A stretch of 64,000 nt of DNA from an uncultured Phycisphaera sp. (lineage in GTDB: Bacteria > Planctomycetota > Phycisphaerae > Phycisphaerales > Phycisphaeraceae): assembly GCA_964496285.1 (NCBI GenBank), contig CAZBXW010000009.1, positions 7,366 through 71,365 on the forward strand, read 5' to 3'. This document shows positions 20,914 to 30,920 of this stretch, one piece after another (the first letter of the stretch is position 1; the number at the start of each line of letters is the position of its first letter). The notes under the pieces are model-generated. The model searched no databases. It was not told where the DNA came from and worked only from the letters and a program-made list of their open reading frames with translations. The position numbers were made by a program, and so were the translations under genes.

Positions 20914-22062
20914 ATGGCCCCTCAACGCGACTACTACGAAGTGCTCAGCGTCGAACGCACCGCCGGTGTGGACGACATCAAGCGCTCCTATCGCAAGCTG
21001 GCCATGAAGTATCACCCGGATCGAAATCCTGGTGATAAGGAAGCCGAGGCCAAGTTCAAGGAAGCTGCCGAGGCCTACGAAGTTCTCTCCGATCCTGACA
21101 AGCGGCAGCGTTACGACCGCTTCGGGCACGAGGGCCTGCGCGGCGCTGCGGGCCACGACTTCCGCAGCATGGACCCCACCGACATCTTCTCGATGTTCGA
21201 GGACATCTTCGGCGGCGCGGCCGGAGGAGGCGGCGGCCGACGCTCCCGCAGCGGGGCGACACGCGGCTACGACCTCGAAACCCACATCGAAATCAGCCTG
21301 GAAGACGTGGCGCACGGCGTGGACCGCGAGATCGAGTTCACCCGGCAGGACCACTGCCCCACCTGCTCCGGCTCCGGCGCCAAGCCCGGTTCACAACCCA
21401 TCGCCTGCGTCACCTGTGGCGGACAGGGCAAGGTGCAGCAGGCGGGCTTTGGCGGGCTCTTCCGCATGATCACCGACTGCCCCGCCTGTCAGGGCCAGGG
21501 CAAAATATATAAGGATAAGTGCCCCGACTGCAAGGGCGCTGGACGAAAGCCTAAACATCGAGTGCTCAGCGTCAAGGTGCCCCCGGGAATCCACGACGGA
21601 CAGTCGATCCGCGTCTCGGGCGAGGGTGAACCCGGCGCTGCCGGTGGACCGCGTGGCGATCTGCATGTGACCGTCCATGTCGCGCAGCACAAGCTCTTTG
21701 CCCGCGAGGAGGACCACCTGATCCTTCGCATGCCCATCACGTTCACGCAGGCGGCCTTGGGCGCGACGATCAAAGTCCCCACGCTCGACCGTGACCGGAA
21801 AGCTCCGCAGCCCGAGGTCACGATCAAGCCCGGCACGCAGCACGGTGAGATCATCAAGATCAACGGCAGAGGACTTCCCAACCTGCGCAGCGGGCGGCCC
21901 GGGTCGCTGGTCGTCGTCGTGATGGTGGAGGTCCCACGCAAGCTCACGAGCAAGCAGGAGAAGTTGCTCAAGGAATACGCCGCGACGGAGCATCACGACC
22001 GTCCGCCGGAGTCCGACTCGTTCTGGAAGAAGATGAAGGAATATCTCGGAGGTGGTGCATGA
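20914..22062 (+). CDS. dnaJ: chaperone DnaJ
   Basis: J domain (DYYEVLSV...[10 protein letters not shown]), G-rich linker, and four CxxCxGxG zinc-finger repeats. Confidence 0.95.
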   Translation: MAPQRDYYEVLSVERTAGVDDIKRSYRKLAMKYHPDRNPGDKEAEAKFKEAAEAYEVLSDPDKRQRYDRFGHEGLRGAAGHDFRSMDPTDIFSMFEDIFGGAAGGGGGRRSRSGATRGYDLETHIEISLEDVAHGVDREIEFTRQDHCPTCSGSGAKPGSQPIACVTCGGQGKVQQAGFGGLFRMITDCPACQGQGKIYKDKCPDCKGAGRKPKHRVLSVKVPPGIHDGQSIRVSGEGEPGAAGGPRGDLHVTVHVAQHKLFAREEDHLILRMPITFTQAALGATIKVPTLDRDRKAPQPEVTIKPGTQHGEIIKINGRGLPNLRSGRPGSLVVVVMVEVPRKLTSKQEKLLKEYAATEHHDRPPESDSFWKKMKEYLGGGA

Positions 22063-22568
22063 GCCAGGACCCCCAACAGCCTCAGGAACCCCAAGAAACA
22101 CCGAAGGAAGTCGTTGCGGAAGAGCTGGAGAAGCTGCGCTCCGAGACCGGCGAGCTGCAGGGCAAACTGATGCGCGCCATCGCGGACTATCAGAATTACG
22201 TCCGCAGGGCTGAGCAGAACGTGGTGGTCGCCCGTCAGCAGCAGACGATCGACATGTCCCGCGCCCTGGTCAACGTGCTGGACCACTTCGACAACGCGGT
22301 GGCGGTGGACCCGGAGAAGGTCGCCGCCGCGAAGCTGCTCGAGGGCGTCAAGATCGTCCGCGAGGAGCTGCTCAAGACGCTCGAGCAGTTCGGCGTCCGT
22401 CGCATCGAGGCGAAAGCGGGCGACGAGTTCGATCCGAGACAGCACGAGGCGATGCTCAAGCAAAAGGTCGAAGGGGTTGGCCCCGGTTGCGTGGGCATGC
22501 AGCTCCAGAGCGGTTACGTCTTGGGCGAGATCACGCTTCGTCCCGCCAAGGTCACCGTCACAGAGTAG
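22059..22568 (+). CDS. grpE: nucleotide exchange factor GrpE
   Basis: GrpE-like [15 protein letters not shown]...[13 protein letters not shown] overlap with the dnaJ stop. Confidence 0.9.
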   Translation: MSQDPQQPQEPQETPKEVVAEELEKLRSETGELQGKLMRAIADYQNYVRRAEQNVVVARQQQTIDMSRALVNVLDHFDNAVAVDPEKVAAAKLLEGVKIVREELLKTLEQFGVRRIEAKAGDEFDPRQHEAMLKQKVEGVGPGCVGMQLQSGYVLGEITLRPAKVTVTE

Positions 22569-22570
22569 TC

Positions 22571-22598
22571 TGAGCCGGGCTGTCCACAACCCGGTGTA
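22571..22598. repeat. REP-like hairpin type 1
   Basis: tgagccgggctgtccacaacccggtgta lies immediately after the grpE stop. One stem mismatch relative to the copy at 19069. Confidence 0.75.
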
Positions 22599-22613
22599 TC
22601 AAGGAGACTCACC

Positions 22614-22937
22614 ATGCCCACCTACGAGTACCAGTGCCAATCGTGCAATCACCTGTTTGAGGAGTTTCAGTCGATCACCGCCGAACCGCTGCGCAAGTGC
22701 CCAGGTTGTGGCAAGCCCAGGCTCCGGCGGCTCATTGGCACCGGAGCGGGGATCATCTTCAAGGGCGGTGGTTTCTACGAGACGGATTACCGCAGCGAGA
22801 GCTACAAGCAGGGCGCCAAAGCCGAGAGCGAGGCGAGCAAGCCCAAGACGGAAGCCAAGTCTGAGACTAAGACGGAGAAGCCCGCCAAGCCCGAGACGAG
22901 CAAGCCGAAGAGAGAGAAAAAAGCCAAATCTGAGTGA
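22614..22937 (+). CDS. FmdB-family zinc-ribbon protein with K/E-rich tail
   Basis: MPTYEYQCQSCNHLFE...CPGCG zinc ribbon. Low-complexity C-terminus SKPKTEAKSETKTEKPAKPETSKPKREKKAKSE. Confidence 0.85.
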   Translation: MPTYEYQCQSCNHLFEEFQSITAEPLRKCPGCGKPRLRRLIGTGAGIIFKGGGFYETDYRSESYKQGAKAESEASKPKTEAKSETKTEKPAKPETSKPKREKKAKSE

Positions 22938-22951
22938 GGCGGGCGGAGCGA

Positions 22952-23923
22952 TCACCACACGACGCTGGGCGCGTCGAAGACGGGTCCATCGGTGCACGCC
23001 AGACGGAATCGCCAGGGTCGGCCCTGTGGCGTGGTCGCCTGCGGGCGCAGCGGGTCCTCGATCTTTACAACGCAGGACTGACAGGTTCCCATGCCGCACG
23101 CCATCGCCTGTTCGAGGCAGACTTGGCAGTCGATGTTGTGAGTCGAAGCAAGCTTGGCGACCGCGTGCATCATCGGTTCGGGGCCACAGGTATATATCAC
23201 GGCCCGGGCCGCGTCCTGGGGTGAGAGTCGTTGGAGCACGCCTTCGAGACCCGCGGTGATGCGGCCGGGCAGCCCCAGCGATCCGTCGTCGGTGGTGACC
23301 ACGCAAGGGCAGTTGTGCTTGGCGAACTGCAGGACGCTGTGCGTGGGCAGACCCGATTCATCGACGGGGCAGCGCGGGTCGAAGGTCACGGGCAGCAGGT
23401 CCTGAGCGAGCGCGCCGATGAAGGCGATGGCGTCCCAGCCTGCGGCGCCGAGAGCTTGCGCGAGGTAGAACATCGGGGGCAGACCGACGCCACCGCCCAC
23501 AAGCAGGGCGAGTGATTTGGCGACGGGAAGCTCGAAGCGATTGCCCAGCGGGCCGATGAGGTCCACGGTGTCGCCGGGCTTGCGTTCGCTGAGCCAGCGG
23601 GTGCCTACGCCCACGACGCGGTGCACGATCTCCAGACTGTTCCCCTCGCGCCCGGCGAGGCTAAAGGGGCGGCGAAGCATCGCGGTGGGTTGGCAGAGTT
23701 CGCGTTGTGATGGATGGGGAGGCGCTTCGGGCCGCCATTCGAGGTCGCGGCTCTCGCAGTCCACCTCCGGCGGAGCGCAGCCGAGCTGGATGAACTGGCC
23801 CGGCTGCGTCGGCGGGAAGGCACCGGTCACGCGCAGGCGCAGCAGGAAATGCTCCCGGCAGAGCGGTTGATTGAACTCGACGGTGGCGTCGAAACGTCCG
23901 CGTGGGGGGGTTCCGGATTCCAA
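22952..23923 (-). CDS. PyrK-like FAD/NAD(P)-binding oxidoreductase with C-terminal 2Fe-2S motif
   Basis: Ferredoxin-reductase-type fold (RPFSLAG; LLVGGGVGLPPM). C-terminal cluster motif CLEQAMACGMGTCQSCVV. Confidence 0.8.
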   Translation of the reverse strand: MESGTPPRGRFDATVEFNQPLCREHFLLRLRVTGAFPPTQPGQFIQLGCAPPEVDCESRDLEWRPEAPPHPSQRELCQPTAMLRRPFSLAGREGNSLEIVHRVVGVGTRWLSERKPGDTVDLIGPLGNRFELPVAKSLALLVGGGVGLPPMFYLAQALGAAGWDAIAFIGALAQDLLPVTFDPRCPVDESGLPTHSVLQFAKHNCPCVVTTDDGSLGLPGRITAGLEGVLQRLSPQDAARAVIYTCGPEPMMHAVAKLASTHNIDCQVCLEQAMACGMGTCQSCVVKIEDPLRPQATTPQGRPWRFRLACTDGPVFDAPSVVW

Positions 23924-24656
23924 GGCGTTGGAGTATAACCGTGTCGTGGGGCAGGTCCGCTCAGGCTGGCGACGACGGATCGGGGAGTGGGTCGACGCGC
24001 TGCTGCCTGACGACGGACCGCGGCTGGAGGATTGGCGACCCGACGAAGAGACGGCCTACTGTCCGCGCTGCGGCGCGACGACGGGTTTCGGTGCGTCGCT
24101 GAGCAGCGGGTGCGCGTTCTGCGTGGGCGAGTCAATGTCGTGGGACCGGCTGTTCCGTCTGGGCGCTTACGAGGGCGCGTTGAGTCGGTGCATCGTGGCG
24201 ATGAAGTTTGCCGGGGCCTGGCGCTGGGGCCAGGAGCTGGGCGAAGCGCTGACCGGAACGGTTCGCATGACGCCCCGGGCCAGGGTGGTGGTGTGCCCGG
24301 TGCCGATGCATTGGCTGCGAAGAGCGCGGCGAGGGTACAACCAGTCGCAACTGATGGCGATGAGACTGGCGCAGCGTCGGCGTTGGCCCTGCGAATCGCT
24401 GTTGCGCCGCGTGCGATACACCGTGCCGCAGACCACGCTCACCGCCGCCCAGCGTGCCACGAACGTCGCCCGATCATTCGCGCTGCTCGACGTGGACCTG
24501 ACCGGATGGGACGTGGTGCTGGTGGACGATGTGAAGACGACGGGAGCGACCGCCGGTGCGTGCGCCAAGTTGCTCAAGAGCGCCGGCGCCAATCAGGTGA
24601 CGGTGGCGGTGGCGGCGGTGGCGGACGCGATGAATCGCGGGTTCACGCGGGTGTGA
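23871..24656 (+). CDS. comF: ComF-family phosphoribosyltransferase-like protein
   Basis: N-terminal Cys pairs CPRCG...CAFC. PRTase motif VVLVDDVKTTGAT. The TTG start at 23871 overlaps the divergent gene; GTG 23946 is a non-overlapping alternative. Confidence 0.8.
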   Translation: MNSTVASKRPRGGVPDSKALEYNRVVGQVRSGWRRRIGEWVDALLPDDGPRLEDWRPDEETAYCPRCGATTGFGASLSSGCAFCVGESMSWDRLFRLGAYEGALSRCIVAMKFAGAWRWGQELGEALTGTVRMTPRARVVVCPVPMHWLRRARRGYNQSQLMAMRLAQRRRWPCESLLRRVRYTVPQTTLTAAQRATNVARSFALLDVDLTGWDVVLVDDVKTTGATAGACAKLLKSAGANQVTVAVAAVADAMNRGFTRV

Positions 24657-24723
24657 GGGAGAGTGACTGGTGGAAGGATTCCGGGTGTAGGTACATCTCT
24701 GGATTGGGGCTTAGACTAGGGGG

Positions 24724-26775
24724 ATGGACGGGTCGGCGTTTCTGCAGGACCTGACGGTGGTGATGGTCGTCGCGGCAGTGACGACGGTGGTGTTCTCACG
24801 ACTGAAATTGCCGGTGGTGCTGGGGTACGTGCTGGCGGGACTGATCGTGGGCCCGCACACGCCGCCTTTCCCGCTGATCACGGACCCGAAGAGCATCGAA
24901 ACGCTCTCGCAGCTGGGCGTGCTGATGCTCATGTTCAGTCTGGGCATCCAGTTTTCGTTTCGAGGTCTGGTGCGAGTGGGACCGCGCGCGGGGGTGGCGG
25001 GGCTGATCGAGATGCTGTTGATGGTGTGGGTCGGGTATCTGCTGGGCCGGGCGTTCGGGTGGGAGCAGTTGGACAGTCTGTTCTTGGGCGCGATGCTGCT
25101 GTCGAGTTCGACGGCGCTGATCGGTAAGACGCTGGGCGACCTGCGGCTGATGAACGCCGACTTTGCGCGGACGACGCTGGGGATTCTGGTGCTCGACGAC
25201 CTGGCGGCGATGGCGTCGATCGGCGTGCTCAGCGGCATCGCGCTGTCGGGGGCGTTCTCGCCGGTGGAACTGCTCGAGACCGGCGGACGGATCGTGTTGT
25301 TCCTGATCGTGTTCGTGGTGATGGGGCTGGTGCTGCTGCCGCGGCTGCTCAGGCTGCTGGTGGAGTTGGAGAACGACGAGGTGCTGCTGGTGGCGGCGCT
25401 GGGGTTGGCGTTCGGGATGGCGCTGCTGGCGGTGAACATGGGGTTCAGCTCGGCGTTGGGTGCGTTCGTGGTCGGAGCGGTGATCGCGGAGACCAAGCAC
25501 GGGCAGCGCGTGCGCGACCTGATCGCGCCGGTGCGGGACATGTTCAGCGCGGTGTTCTTTGTGTCGATCGGGCTGCTGCTGGACCCGGCGCTGCTCAAGG
25601 ATCACTGGCCCGAGGTGCTGGTAGTCACGGGGGTGCTCGTGGTGGGCAAGACGCTCACCGGAGCCTTGGGCTGCGTGGTGGCGGGGTACGACCTGAAGCA
25701 CTCTCTGCGCGTGGGACTGAGCCTGGCGCAGATCGGCGAGTTCGCCTTCATCATCGCGGCGCTGGGGCAGAGCCTGGGCGTGACGAGCGAGTTTCTTTAC
25801 GCGGTGGCGGTGTGCGTCTCGGGCTTAAGCACGTTGACCACGCCCACGCTCATCGCGAGGTCGGAGCGGATCGCACAGTGGGTCGAGCGTCGAACGCCGG
25901 TCTGGCTAGTTGATTTGCTGGGCGTGTACCACCGCTGGGCGAGGCGAGCGGGAGAGGGTTCCTTGGTGGTGACACCCGGGAGTGTGGCGCGGGCGCAGTT
26001 GCGCAGGATTTTGTTGCAGATGACGGTGAACGTGGCGCTGCTGACCGCGTTGTTTATCGCGGCGACATGGGTGGCACGGGTGTTGCAAAAGAAACTGGAG
26101 TTCGTGCCGGCGTGGTTGGGGGGCGGGAACACGCTGGTGTATCTGGGGACGCTGCTGCTGTCGCTGCCGGTGCTGGTGGCGGCGGCGCGGAAGCTGCGTG
26201 CCGGGGCGATGATCATCGCGGAGGTGACGATCACGTCGGGAAGTCACCTGACGGTAAGACGGTCGCTGGTGACGAACGTGCTGCTGTTCGTGGGGGCGCT
26301 GCCGGTGGTGGTTTATATGACGGCGATTGGTGCGGCGATCGCGCCCTCGACGCCGGTGCTGCTGGTGCTGGTGGTGATCGTCAGCGGCGTGGCATGGGCG
26401 TGGTGGCGGCAGTTGGTGCGGATATACGCCAGCGGACAGGTCGCGGTGGGCCAGTCGCTCTCGGGCGAGGACCCTGAGCCGGAGTCTGTGACACCGACGC
26501 CTGCGCTGCCCGCCACGCTGCCGGAGCTGCGTCTGCTGGGCCACGCGGTGCTGCAACTGGTGGAGTTGAAGGTGAACGCGCCGGCGGCGGGGCGCTTGAT
26601 TCACGAATTGGACGTGCGCCGCGCCACGGGGGCGATGATCGCGGGGCTGGAGCGGGGCACCGAAAGCATTGTCAGTCCCGGACCGAATCAGGAACTACGC
26701 ACCGGCGACAAAGTGTTGCTCTTAGGAAGTCGGGAGCAGGTCAACGCGGCACGTTTGCTACTGACGGGATCGTGA
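24724..26775 (+). CDS. cation:proton antiporter (CPA2/Kef-type) with C-terminal RCK_C/TrkA-C domain
   Basis: Multi-TM Na+/H+ exchanger-like N-terminal region (LPVVLGYVLAGLIVGPH). C-terminal TrkA-C-like segment (AAGRLIHELDVRRATGAMIAGLERG...GDKVLLLG). Confidence 0.85.
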   Translation: MDGSAFLQDLTVVMVVAAVTTVVFSRLKLPVVLGYVLAGLIVGPHTPPFPLITDPKSIETLSQLGVLMLMFSLGIQFSFRGLVRVGPRAGVAGLIEMLLMVWVGYLLGRAFGWEQLDSLFLGAMLLSSSTALIGKTLGDLRLMNADFARTTLGILVLDDLAAMASIGVLSGIALSGAFSPVELLETGGRIVLFLIVFVVMGLVLLPRLLRLLVELENDEVLLVAALGLAFGMALLAVNMGFSSALGAFVVGAVIAETKHGQRVRDLIAPVRDMFSAVFFVSIGLLLDPALLKDHWPEVLVVTGVLVVGKTLTGALGCVVAGYDLKHSLRVGLSLAQIGEFAFIIAALGQSLGVTSEFLYAVAVCVSGLSTLTTPTLIARSERIAQWVERRTPVWLVDLLGVYHRWARRAGEGSLVVTPGSVARAQLRRILLQMTVNVALLTALFIAATWVARVLQKKLEFVPAWLGGGNTLVYLGTLLLSLPVLVAAARKLRAGAMIIAEVTITSGSHLTVRRSLVTNVLLFVGALPVVVYMTAIGAAIAPSTPVLLVLVVIVSGVAWAWWRQLVRIYASGQVAVGQSLSGEDPEPESVTPTPALPATLPELRLLGHAVLQLVELKVNAPAAGRLIHELDVRRATGAMIAGLERGTESIVSPGPNQELRTGDKVLLLGSREQVNAARLLLTGS

Positions 26776-26806
26776 CCGTCGCTTCGAGTGAGCCTACGAT
26801 AGCCGC

Positions 26807-27688
26807 ATGATCACCCGACTCTTCTCGTTGATCGTTTCCATGGCGACACTGCTGGGCGGCTGCGCCGCGTCGGAGCAGGTCACGCAGGCGCAACGCAGCG
26901 ACGAGGCGGCAAAGGAGCTTCGTCAGGCCCTGGAGCAGGGCGATGCTTTGATCGCGCAGCAGAAGTTCAGCGCGGCTCGAACGATCTACACACGCAGCAG
27001 CGAAAAAGCGCAGCGGACGCTGGGCGCGGACTCGCCCGTGAGCGTGGCGCTGAAGGGTTGGGTCGAACGAGCCGGGACGCAGAGCGACGACAACGCTGCG
27101 GTGGGCACGCTGACGCTGGGGATGCGGCAGGCGCTCCTGGACCTGGAGTTCAAGCCGATCATGGAGGCGCCGCTGCCGGTGGGTTTTCCGGAGCCCGGGC
27201 CGGTGGGCGAGGTGATCGTCAATGAGTACCCCGCGTACCGCATGGCGAAGACCGAACGTGCGCCGCAGGGTCGGGGCAGTCAGGACCGCATGTTCAGCGT
27301 GCTGTTCAGTCACATCAAGCGCAACGAGATCGCCATGACCGCGCCGGTGGAGATGACCTACGTCACGCAGGAGCAGGGCGAGATGGACGAGCAGGCGATG
27401 GGCTTCATGTACCAGCAGCCGACGATGGGCGCCCCGGGGAGTGACCCGAAGGACGGTCGCGTGAGGATCGTGGATGTTCCGGCGATGACGGTGGTGAGCA
27501 TGGCGATCCGTGGGGGTTATCGCACCGACGTGATGATCGAGGCGGTGGCGAAACTGGAGAACTGGCTCAGCGACAACGCGGCACAGTACGAACGCGCCGG
27601 CCCGCTGCGACGCATGGGCTACAACAGCCCGTTCATTCCCAGCGGGTACCAGTACAGCGAGGTGCAGATCCCTGTGCGTCGAAAGTGA
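26807..27688 (+). CDS. SOUL heme-binding-domain protein (secreted or lipoprotein)
   Basis: Lipobox LLGGC. The C-terminal two thirds carry SOUL/HBP motifs (YPAYRMA...MTAPVEM...YNSPF). Confidence 0.75.
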   Translation: MITRLFSLIVSMATLLGGCAASEQVTQAQRSDEAAKELRQALEQGDALIAQQKFSAARTIYTRSSEKAQRTLGADSPVSVALKGWVERAGTQSDDNAAVGTLTLGMRQALLDLEFKPIMEAPLPVGFPEPGPVGEVIVNEYPAYRMAKTERAPQGRGSQDRMFSVLFSHIKRNEIAMTAPVEMTYVTQEQGEMDEQAMGFMYQQPTMGAPGSDPKDGRVRIVDVPAMTVVSMAIRGGYRTDVMIEAVAKLENWLSDNAAQYERAGPLRRMGYNSPFIPSGYQYSEVQIPVRRK

Positions 27689-27706
27689 TGTCGCGGGCAG
27701 AGGAAT

Positions 27707-27802
27707 CTTGACAGGATCACAGGACGCGCAGGATTGGCAGGATAAGAGCAGAGTGGATTGATCCGGTCCGGTTGATCCTTCGCATCCTGTGATCCTGTCA
27801 AG
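27707..27802. repeat. tandem-word palindromic element, A-type (GACAGGAT words)
   Basis: Perfect 18-bp termini cttgacaggatcacagga / tcctgtgatcctgtcaag. Same termini family as 41331..41437. Confidence 0.85.
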
Positions 27803-27836
27803 GAGCGTTAACCCGAGGCGCTGAGGCGCGAGTGGA

Positions 27837-28988
27837 TCAGAGCCGGGGCCAGCCGGGGAAGAGGAATTGACCGTCGCGGGAGATGAGTTGGTCGTCGACG
27901 GTGATGGTTCCGCCTTGGCGCAGGTCGCAGACCATATCCCAGTGGAGGCCCGACTCGTTGGTGTTGCCGGTCTCGGGGTAGCCGGCGCCGACGGCGGCGT
28001 GGAAGGTCCCGCCGATCTTCTCATCGAAGAGCGTGTTCTTGGAATAATCGCGGATGGAGTAGTTGGTGCCGATGGCGATCTCGCCCAGGTTGCGAGCGCC
28101 GGGGTCCTGATCGAGCATCTTGAGGAGAAAGTCCTCGTTCTTCGAGGCTCGGGCTTTGACGACTCTTCCGCGCTCGAAGGTCAGTTCGATATCGTGGACT
28201 TCGCGGCCGTGGTGGACCGCGGGGAACGAGTAGCGGACCACGCCGTTGACGCCACCGTCGGCGGCATTGAGGTTGGGCCCGGTGAAGACCTCGCCGTCGG
28301 GGAAGTTTTCGTGACCGCAGCAGTTGATCCAGGTCATGCCCTGGACGTTGACGGTCAGGTCGGTCCCGTGGGCGGTCTGGAAGCGGACGACTTTCTTGCC
28401 CTTGAGATAATCCACGACTTTCTGCTGAGCGGCGGCGATATTTCGCCAGGCGGCGACGGGGTCGGGCTTGTCGAGGTGCCCTGCGGCGAAGACGAAATCC
28501 TCGTACTGACGCAGGCTCATCTCCGCGTCCTGGGCGCTGGCGGCGGTGGGGAACATCGTGCCGCACCAGCGCAGCTTCCGCGGGTGATCCTCGGGCAGCG
28601 CGGCTCGTTCCATGAAGACCTTGAAGACGGGCTTGCGGGCGGCGGAGGCCTGGCCCTGTTTGCGGGGGTCCACGCGCGACAGCGCCTTGGTGTTGCTCTC
28701 GCCCCATAAGCCGATGGATACGTCGATGGTCTCGATCTCCCGGATCGCCAGCGGGCTGACGTGGCTCAGTTGCTGCTCGTTGGCGTGCTGGAAAAAGAGG
28801 TCCTGCAGCGAGTCCGGGGCGCACTTGACGAAGGGGTGCGCCCCGGCCAGAAGGCATTTTTCGTAGAGCGCTTCGAGCAGCGACATGCCCACCGGGTCGC
28901 CGCTGATGCGCACCAGCTGCCCGGGCTTGACGGCCACGGAGTAGTTGACGATGACGCTGGCGAGTCGATCAATGCGAGGGTCGCGCAC
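27837..28988 (-). CDS. aminopeptidase, M29 (AmpS/PepS) family
   Basis: N-terminus DPRIDRLASVIVNYSVAVKPGQ is typical of M29. GTG 28988 with an upstream GGAG is preferred over ATG 29120, which overlaps the divergent gene. Confidence 0.85.
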   Translation of the reverse strand: MRDPRIDRLASVIVNYSVAVKPGQLVRISGDPVGMSLLEALYEKCLLAGAHPFVKCAPDSLQDLFFQHANEQQLSHVSPLAIREIETIDVSIGLWGESNTKALSRVDPRKQGQASAARKPVFKVFMERAALPEDHPRKLRWCGTMFPTAASAQDAEMSLRQYEDFVFAAGHLDKPDPVAAWRNIAAAQQKVVDYLKGKKVVRFQTAHGTDLTVNVQGMTWINCCGHENFPDGEVFTGPNLNAADGGVNGVVRYSFPAVHHGREVHDIELTFERGRVVKARASKNEDFLLKMLDQDPGARNLGEIAIGTNYSIRDYSKNTLFDEKIGGTFHAAVGAGYPETGNTNESGLHWDMVCDLRQGGTITVDDQLISRDGQFLFPGWPRL

Positions 28989-29106
28989 GGGAGGCTCCTG
29001 AGGGAAGTGCGAATCGTAGCACAGGCGACGACCGCTGCGTGGCTCGCGGGGCAACTCTCTTGATCTTTGCGTGCACCAGCGGTACGGTGTCGTAGGAAGG
29101 TCGAGC

Positions 29107-30108
29107 ATGGACGAAGCCACGCCCGCAGACGAACAAGGGCTCGTCCGCCCTGAGCAGCGCGAGGCGGACGCGGCCCACGCACAACAGTCCTTGGGCGATC
29201 AGTTCGCCGCGCTGCTGCGACAGACCTGCGACGGACGCCTGGGCGAGATCAACTGGTTCCGCACCGATTGGCAACGCGGCGGAGCGCTGACCGGTTACGC
29301 CACCTACACCGCGGACGAGACGCAACCGCGCAACGTTGTGGTCAAGCTTCCGGTCAAGCCACGCGAACGCGATTGGCTCCTGCGCCTGCAGTCGCACGAG
29401 AACGTCGCCCCGCGTCTGTACGCCCACGGCCAGACCCTGGGGCCTTACGACATCGTGTGGGTGGTGATGGAGTGTCTGCCGCACGGCCCGCTGGGCCCGA
29501 ACTGGCGCGGCGGAGAGTTTGACCTGCTCGTCGAGGCCGCCGGTCGCTTCTACGCTGCAACCCGGCACACGCCCCTGAGCACCGAGCACAACGAGCGCGA
29601 CTACCCCGCGATCTACGAACTGGCGCGAAAGCACCTGGGCAGGCACGATCTACGACACGAGCAGCGCTGGAAGGAAGCGCTCAAACGTGTGCACCGCAAG
29701 CTCGACACGTGGATCCGCGAGTGGCGCAAGCGACCGATCCAGGACTGGTGCCACGGTGATCTGCACCTGGCCAACGCGATGGCCCGACATGCGCCGCCGG
29801 AGGGGCCCGCGGTGCTTCTGGACCTGGCTGAGGTTCACGCCGGGCACTGGGTCGAGGACGCGGTCTACTTCGAGCACCTCTTCTGGGCCCGACCGCAGCG
29901 ACTGGCGGGGCGACGTCTGGCGAGCATGATCGCCCACGAACGCAAACGCCTGGGCTTGACGGTCCACGACGATTGGCCCCGTTACGCCCAGATCAAACGC
30001 GCCCTGTTGGCCATGAGCGTGCCGGCGATGCTCGACCTCGACGGCGGCCCGCACCACGTCGAGGCATCGCTCCACGTCCTGGAATCGATCGTCGGTTCCT
30101 CACACTGA
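29107..30108 (+). CDS. APH/choline-kinase-like phosphotransferase family protein
   Basis: Catalytic loop WCHGDLHLANAM and downstream LLDLAEV (DxxE-like). Start ATG 29107 (ORF-track 29071). Confidence 0.7.
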   Translation: MDEATPADEQGLVRPEQREADAAHAQQSLGDQFAALLRQTCDGRLGEINWFRTDWQRGGALTGYATYTADETQPRNVVVKLPVKPRERDWLLRLQSHENVAPRLYAHGQTLGPYDIVWVVMECLPHGPLGPNWRGGEFDLLVEAAGRFYAATRHTPLSTEHNERDYPAIYELARKHLGRHDLRHEQRWKEALKRVHRKLDTWIREWRKRPIQDWCHGDLHLANAMARHAPPEGPAVLLDLAEVHAGHWVEDAVYFEHLFWARPQRLAGRRLASMIAHERKRLGLTVHDDWPRYAQIKRALLAMSVPAMLDLDGGPHHVEASLHVLESIVGSSH

Positions 30109-30327
30109 CGCCACCAAGGGAAGCCAGCGCCAGCCGCGAAGCGGCGCGGGTTCGTCTGCCAAACCGACATATCGCCCTGAACCTCCACCCTGCGTTGGCA
30201 GAAACCAGCCTCTCTTTCAGCTAAGGTCCAGCACCACAAATGATGATCACACATTATCTTACATGTATGCGACCAATCACGCTTTGGGCCTTCGCTTTGC
30301 CTCTTGACAGACGGTCATTCTCTACCC

Positions 30328-30828
30328 ATGGTCAACGTTCGTCCGCCAACTTCGATCGATCCGCCGCTTCGCCGCAGCAGGCTCAACGTGCTGCTGACGG
30401 AGGATCGTCCGCAGGCGACCGAGCACTGGACGGTGCAGCTCTCGCGTCTGCTCGAGCCGCAGGGCGTGGCCTCCTACCTTGTTCGCTCCGGCGACGAAGC
30501 GCTCGAGCTCACGCAGCGCGTCGAGATTCACGCCGCGGTGATCGACCTGAACACGCCGCGCTCCGCTGGGATGAATTTCGCCCACGCCGCGGGCGAGCTC
30601 TGGCTCATCGAACTGCTGCGGCGCTTGCCCAATCGTCCGCCCATCGTGCTCGTGCGCAGTCCTGCCTTCAGCAGGAGCGACGTGGACCGTCTGCTGGCTC
30701 ACGCCCTGCGCCTGGGCGCCTTCTCCGTGCTCAACAAGCCGTTGGACCTGGAGCGCATCCTCGCCGTGTTCCAGCGCCTGCTGGACCGCCGCTACCAAGG
30801 CTCCTGGCCCCTGCCCCCCAACCCCTAA
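30328..30828 (+). CDS. stand-alone response-regulator receiver domain protein
   Basis: REC signature residues: LLTEDR (acidic pair), AAVIDLNTP (phospho-acceptor Asp), IVLVRS, NKP. ATG 30328 (ORF-track TTG 30304). Confidence 0.7.
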   Translation: MVNVRPPTSIDPPLRRSRLNVLLTEDRPQATEHWTVQLSRLLEPQGVASYLVRSGDEALELTQRVEIHAAVIDLNTPRSAGMNFAHAAGELWLIELLRRLPNRPPIVLVRSPAFSRSDVDRLLAHALRLGAFSVLNKPLDLERILAVFQRLLDRRYQGSWPLPPNP

Positions 30829-30845
30829 TCCTCAACCTCCCAGAG

Positions 30846-30867
30846 CCGGGGATGTACCCATCCCCGG
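30846..30867. repeat. REP-like hairpin type 2 (CCGGGGATG-N4-CATCCCCGG)
   Basis: 9-bp stem between the REC gene and groES. Related copies at 38500 and 39903. Confidence 0.75.
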
Positions 30868-30920
30868 ATTCCTCACGACTCACCCTCACCCCTCACCCAC
30901 CCCTCAAGGAGACGTCCGAC

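Noticed and set aside
24670-24723. Possible degenerate REP2/E-type words upstream of the kef-type gene (ggattccgggtgtaggtacatc; ggggcttagactaggggg).
   Set aside because: The similarity is too weak and there is no clear complementary arm, so it cannot be distinguished from chance.
27707-27720. The TTGACA hexamers at the tips of A-type elements (cTTGACAggat, also at 41331 and 49782) as outward-firing promoters.
   Set aside because: The hexamers point into the element, and no -10-like hexamer lies at 16-18 nt. The match most likely comes from the repeat word itself.
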